DNA from: an uncultured Solirubrobacterales bacterium
GTDB taxonomy: Bacteria; Actinomycetota; Thermoleophilia; Solirubrobacterales; 70-9
DNA: 64,000 bases
Reading direction: 5' to 3'
NCBI GenBank assembly: GCA_963772265.1
Contig: CAVYWS010000007.1
Location: forward strand, 9,662-73,661
Positions 61,220 through 64,000 of this stretch are shown here, piece by piece (positions within the stretch are counted from its first letter, which is position 1; each line of letters starts with the position of its first letter). The translations under genes and the position numbers were made by a program. The notes below the pieces were generated by a model. It was not told the origin of the DNA and searched no databases. It saw only the letters and a list, made by a program, of their open reading frames with translations.

Positions 61220-62072
61220 TCATTGCCTGCGCTTGCGCTTGCGGCGCTCGCCGGGCGGACGCGGCGGGTTCGCCGGCTCTGCCTCCGGCTTCGCGGCTTC
61301 GCCGCCCGGCTCGCCCTCGTCGTCGGCCCTGGCCAAGCGACTCCGCCGCCCGCTCGCCGGGGGTCGGCCAGGGCATCGCCTTTCCGGCCTCCCAGGCCGG
61401 CGGCCGGCCCCCGGGCGAACGGCGCCCGATCAGCAGCCCGAGGTAGACCAGCCACAGAAGCGTGAACTGAAAGAACTGGGGGATCACCGAGGCGACCCCG
61501 AGCGCCGCGCCGAGCGAGCCCCAGAACCTCGTCAGCAGACCGACCCGCAGGGCCTGAAAGCAGGTGTAGGCCATGACGAAGGCAAAACCGAGCGTGCCGG
61601 CGAACCCCAGGCCGGCGGCGAGACCGCGCAGCGAGGTGTCCTCGATCACGTTCTCGGCCACCTTGTCGGCGTGATCGCCGTTGCCCATGATCCCCTTGGC
61701 GACGAACTTCGGCGCGGCGTCATGGAGCGAAAGCGCGGTGACGATCGCGAACGCCGCCAGGAAGATCGGCGCCGCGATCACAAGGCCGATGAACTGGCGC
61801 CGCATCCGGTCGCTGCGGGCAAGCGCGGCCGAGAACAGGTAGACGAGTGGCACCGCCAGCAGCGCCGTCCCCACAGCCCGGATCACGTAGGCCAGGATCA
61901 GGGTGCCGGAGTCCTTGTCGACCTGGCGCAGGAGGTCGGCGTTGCCCTCGGCGTTGTAGTTGCGGGCCAGGATCACGAGCTGGATCGCCAGCAGCACCAC
62001 GGCGCCGATCGTCACCAGGGCAGCCGGAGTCGCCCAGCGCCGTTCGCGCTCGATGATCTCGTTCGGGGTCAC
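61220..62072 (-). CDS. hypothetical polytopic membrane protein with acidic/basic C-terminal tail; frame break near 61325
   Basis: Six or so TM segments. The alternate frame gives DDEGEPGGEAAKPEAEPANPPRPPGERRKRKRRQ*, stopping at 61220. The listed frame gives Arg/Ala noise overlapping the GH114 gene. Confidence 0.4.
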
Positions 62073-62079
62073 CGCAGCA

Positions 62080-62317
62080 CTAGTCGCCGGTCGCGGCTTT
62101 CGGTCGCTCCTCGGCGGTCAGCTCGTCCGCGCGCACCGGGTAGTACTCGTAGTCCTGGGGCTCGGCGATCCGCGAGATCCGATCGCCGACGGCGAGCAGC
62201 AGGTCGAGGAAGGGCGCGGCGACCCCGATCACCCTCTCGACCCGCTCACGGTTGCGGCGCTGGGCCGGGGTCAGAGCGCCCGCGTGTCGGCGCGGTGGGG
62301 GTGCGCTCGTCCGTCAT
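62080..62317 (-). CDS. small hypothetical protein (~78 aa); frame break in the G5/C5 run at 62297-62301
   Basis: The ATG overlaps the CBS-gene TGA (ATGA). After the C5 run, the high-GC3 frame reads LTPAQRRNRERVERVIGVAAPFLDLLLAVGDRISRIAEPQDYEYYPVRADELTAEERPKAATGD*. Confidence 0.4.
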
Positions 62318-62763
62318 CAGCCGCGCTCGTGGAAGAAGAACTGTGGCAGCGCGCCCTCGATGACCTCCTGGGTCATCCGCTGGGCCACCTCGAGATTGCC
62401 GGTTCGGACCGCGATGTCGTCGAGGGTGACGATCCCGGTCAGCTCGCCGTTGTCGACCACCGGCAGGCGCCGGACCCGGTGCTGGACCATCAGCGCCGCC
62501 GCCTCCTCGAGCTCCATCTCGGGTTCACCGCTGACCAGGGGCCGGGTCACCCGCTCGCCCATCGGCAGCTGCGGATCGACACCATCGCCCAGCACCCGCA
62601 CGGCGAGGTCGCGGTCGGTGACCATCGCGATCGGCAGGCCATCGGGCTCGACGATCACCACCGAGCCGACGTTGTGGTCGCGCATCAGCGCCGCCACATC
62701 GGCGGCGCTGGATTCCGCGCCGGCGGTGACAACTCCGGTCGTCATGATCTCGCGCAGCTGCAC
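62317..62763 (-). CDS. CBS-domain pair protein
   Basis: IMTTGVVTA...[22 protein letters not shown]...[23 protein letters not shown]. Confidence 0.8.
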   Translation of the reverse strand: MQLREIMTTGVVTAGAESSAADVAALMRDHNVGSVVIVEPDGLPIAMVTDRDLAVRVLGDGVDPQLPMGERVTRPLVSGEPEMELEEAAALMVQHRVRRLPVVDNGELTGIVTLDDIAVRTGNLEVAQRMTQEVIEGALPQFFFHERG

Positions 62764-62783
62764 GGCCGGTACCGTATCGCCGC

Positions 62784-63912
62784 ATGGAAGCAGCCAGGCA
62801 GAAGGGGCCGATCGCCGTCTACGGGGCCACCGGGTTCACCGGCAAGCTGGTTTCCCACGAGCTGCAGCGCCGCGGCGCCGACTTCGTGGTCTCGGGACGA
62901 AACAGCGAGAAGCTGGCTGCGCTCTCCAGCGAGCTGGGCGGCGTGCCGACCGCGGTCGCCTCGGTCGACGACCCCGTAACGCTGCGTGAGCTGCTCGAGC
63001 CCTGCGCGGCGGTGATCGCCTGCGCCGGCCCGTTCACCCTGCACGGCGAGCCGGTGCTCGCCGCCGCCGCCGAGACCGGCACCCACTACCTCGACACGAC
63101 CGGGGAGCAGTCGTTCATCAGGATGGTCTTCGACCGCTACGGCGCGCAGGGGGAGAAGAGCGGCGCCGCCCTGGTCAGCGGGATGGGATTCGACTACGTG
63201 CCGGGGGACATGATCGCCGCGCTTGCGGCCGAGGGGATGGAGCCCGTCGACGAGGTCACCGTCGCCTACCGCGTCGGCGGCTTCGGCCCGACCCGGGGCA
63301 CCGCCCTCTCCAGCCTGGAGATCTTCCGCGGCGGAGACGTGGAGTGGCGTGACGGGGCCTGGCAGCCGGCGTCGCGCAAGGTCGACGGGGGGAGCTTCCG
63401 CTTCGCGCCGCCGGTCGGCGAGAAGCGGACCCTGCGCTACCCGGCCGGAGAGCAGATCACGGTGCCGCGGCACATCCAGACCGCGCGGGTTCGGACGCTG
63501 CTCGAGCGGGATGGCGCTGCCACCGCCGCCCGTTGCCACCCTGACGCTGCCGGCGCTCAGCCTTGCGATGCGAACGCCCCTGCGGCGTGCCGTCGGTGCG
63601 GTGATCAACCGGATGCCGGAGGGGCCGAGCGAAGAGGACCGTCGCAACGCCAAGTTCATGGTCGGCTGCGAGGTCCGGGCCGGCTCACGGGTGCGGCGCG
63701 GATCGGTGACCGGCACCGACGTCTACGGGCTGACCGGAGTCACCACCGTGCACGGGGCGCTGCTCGCCGCCGACCCCTCCTACGACCGCTCCGGCGCCCT
63801 GGCCCCCTCGCAGGCGTTCGATCCCGAGCCGTTCCTCGGCGCCCTGTCGGACTTCGGCGTCGCCTTCGAGGTCGAGCCGCTCCCCGAGCCCGCCGCCTCC
63901 CCCAGCATCTAG
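62784..63912 (+). CDS. saccharopine-dehydrogenase-like NAD(P)-binding protein; frame break near 63507
   Basis: [26 protein letters not shown] and GFDYVPGDM in one frame. The C-terminus [17 protein letters not shown]...[17 protein letters not shown]...* is in the next frame. Confidence 0.6.
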
Positions 63913-64000
63913 GTGGAGTCGGGTCCGCGCCCGCCCGCGGTTCCTCTCGAGGCCGGCATCGGCCCCGAGAACCCGCCCTGCCCGGCGTGCGGGGAGCCGA
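63913..64000 (+). CDS. possible 5' end of a further gene (VESGPRPPAVPLEAGIGPENPPCPACGEP...), running off the window
   Basis: A GTG follows directly after the previous stop. CPxCG suggests a Zn ribbon. Too short to identify. Confidence 0.15.
   Translation, partial: MESGPRPPAVPLEAGIGPENPPCPACGEP

Overview
This is a very GC-rich window; third codon positions are almost all G/C. The gene content looks actinobacterial (Thermoleophilia/Rubrobacteria-like), including LPXTG and lipoprotein signals, but that taxonomic call is inference only. The region is core chromosome, not an accessory island. I found no tRNA or rRNA genes, CRISPR arrays, transposases, integrases or phage genes.

Gene order:
- tmk, topA, a galE-like epimerase and a Wzy_C/TPR membrane protein.
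- A siroheme-branch dehydrogenase.
- A BBE-type FAD oxidase translationally coupled to a catalytically dead alpha/beta-hydrolase fold, with a TPR-LuxR regulator upstream.
- A hemolysin-III/PAQR protein with an 11-residue-repeat N-terminus.
- nrdR-nrdJ with an NrdR box.
- A cupin, three alpha/beta hydrolases, TetR and a crotonase.
- Small stress and envelope genes (RDD, DUF892, DedA, thioesterase, CAP, msrB).
- Cytochrome c, serS and a response regulator on the minus strand.
- Flavin reductase and a PQQ sugar dehydrogenase.
- A complete 14-gene nuoA-N operon (31.7-46.9 kb) with a SnoaL/NTF2-like gene wedged between nuoI and nuoJ.
- korAB directly after nuoN.
- A PLP decarboxylase, an M14-peptidase/Amidase_2 fusion and a tannase-like secreted hydrolase.
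- A glyoxalase, a long tandem ThyX-like protein and an LPXTG-anchored cupredoxin.
- PadR divergent from a carotenoid oxygenase, then GH114.
- A CBS / small ORF / membrane protein operon and a saccharopine-dehydrogenase-like gene.

The most striking sequence-level observation is about 30 single-nucleotide frame breaks inside otherwise well-conserved genes. Most behave as +1 G/C insertions. They are unevenly distributed, with a hot spot at 45.6-50.0 kb (nuoN, korA, korB, decarboxylase 5' end) and a second one in the SnoaL-like gene. I cannot tell from sequence alone whether these are assembly errors or real gene decay.

I did not find a convincing novel multi-gene system such as a defence island. 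The findings below are individual oddities.
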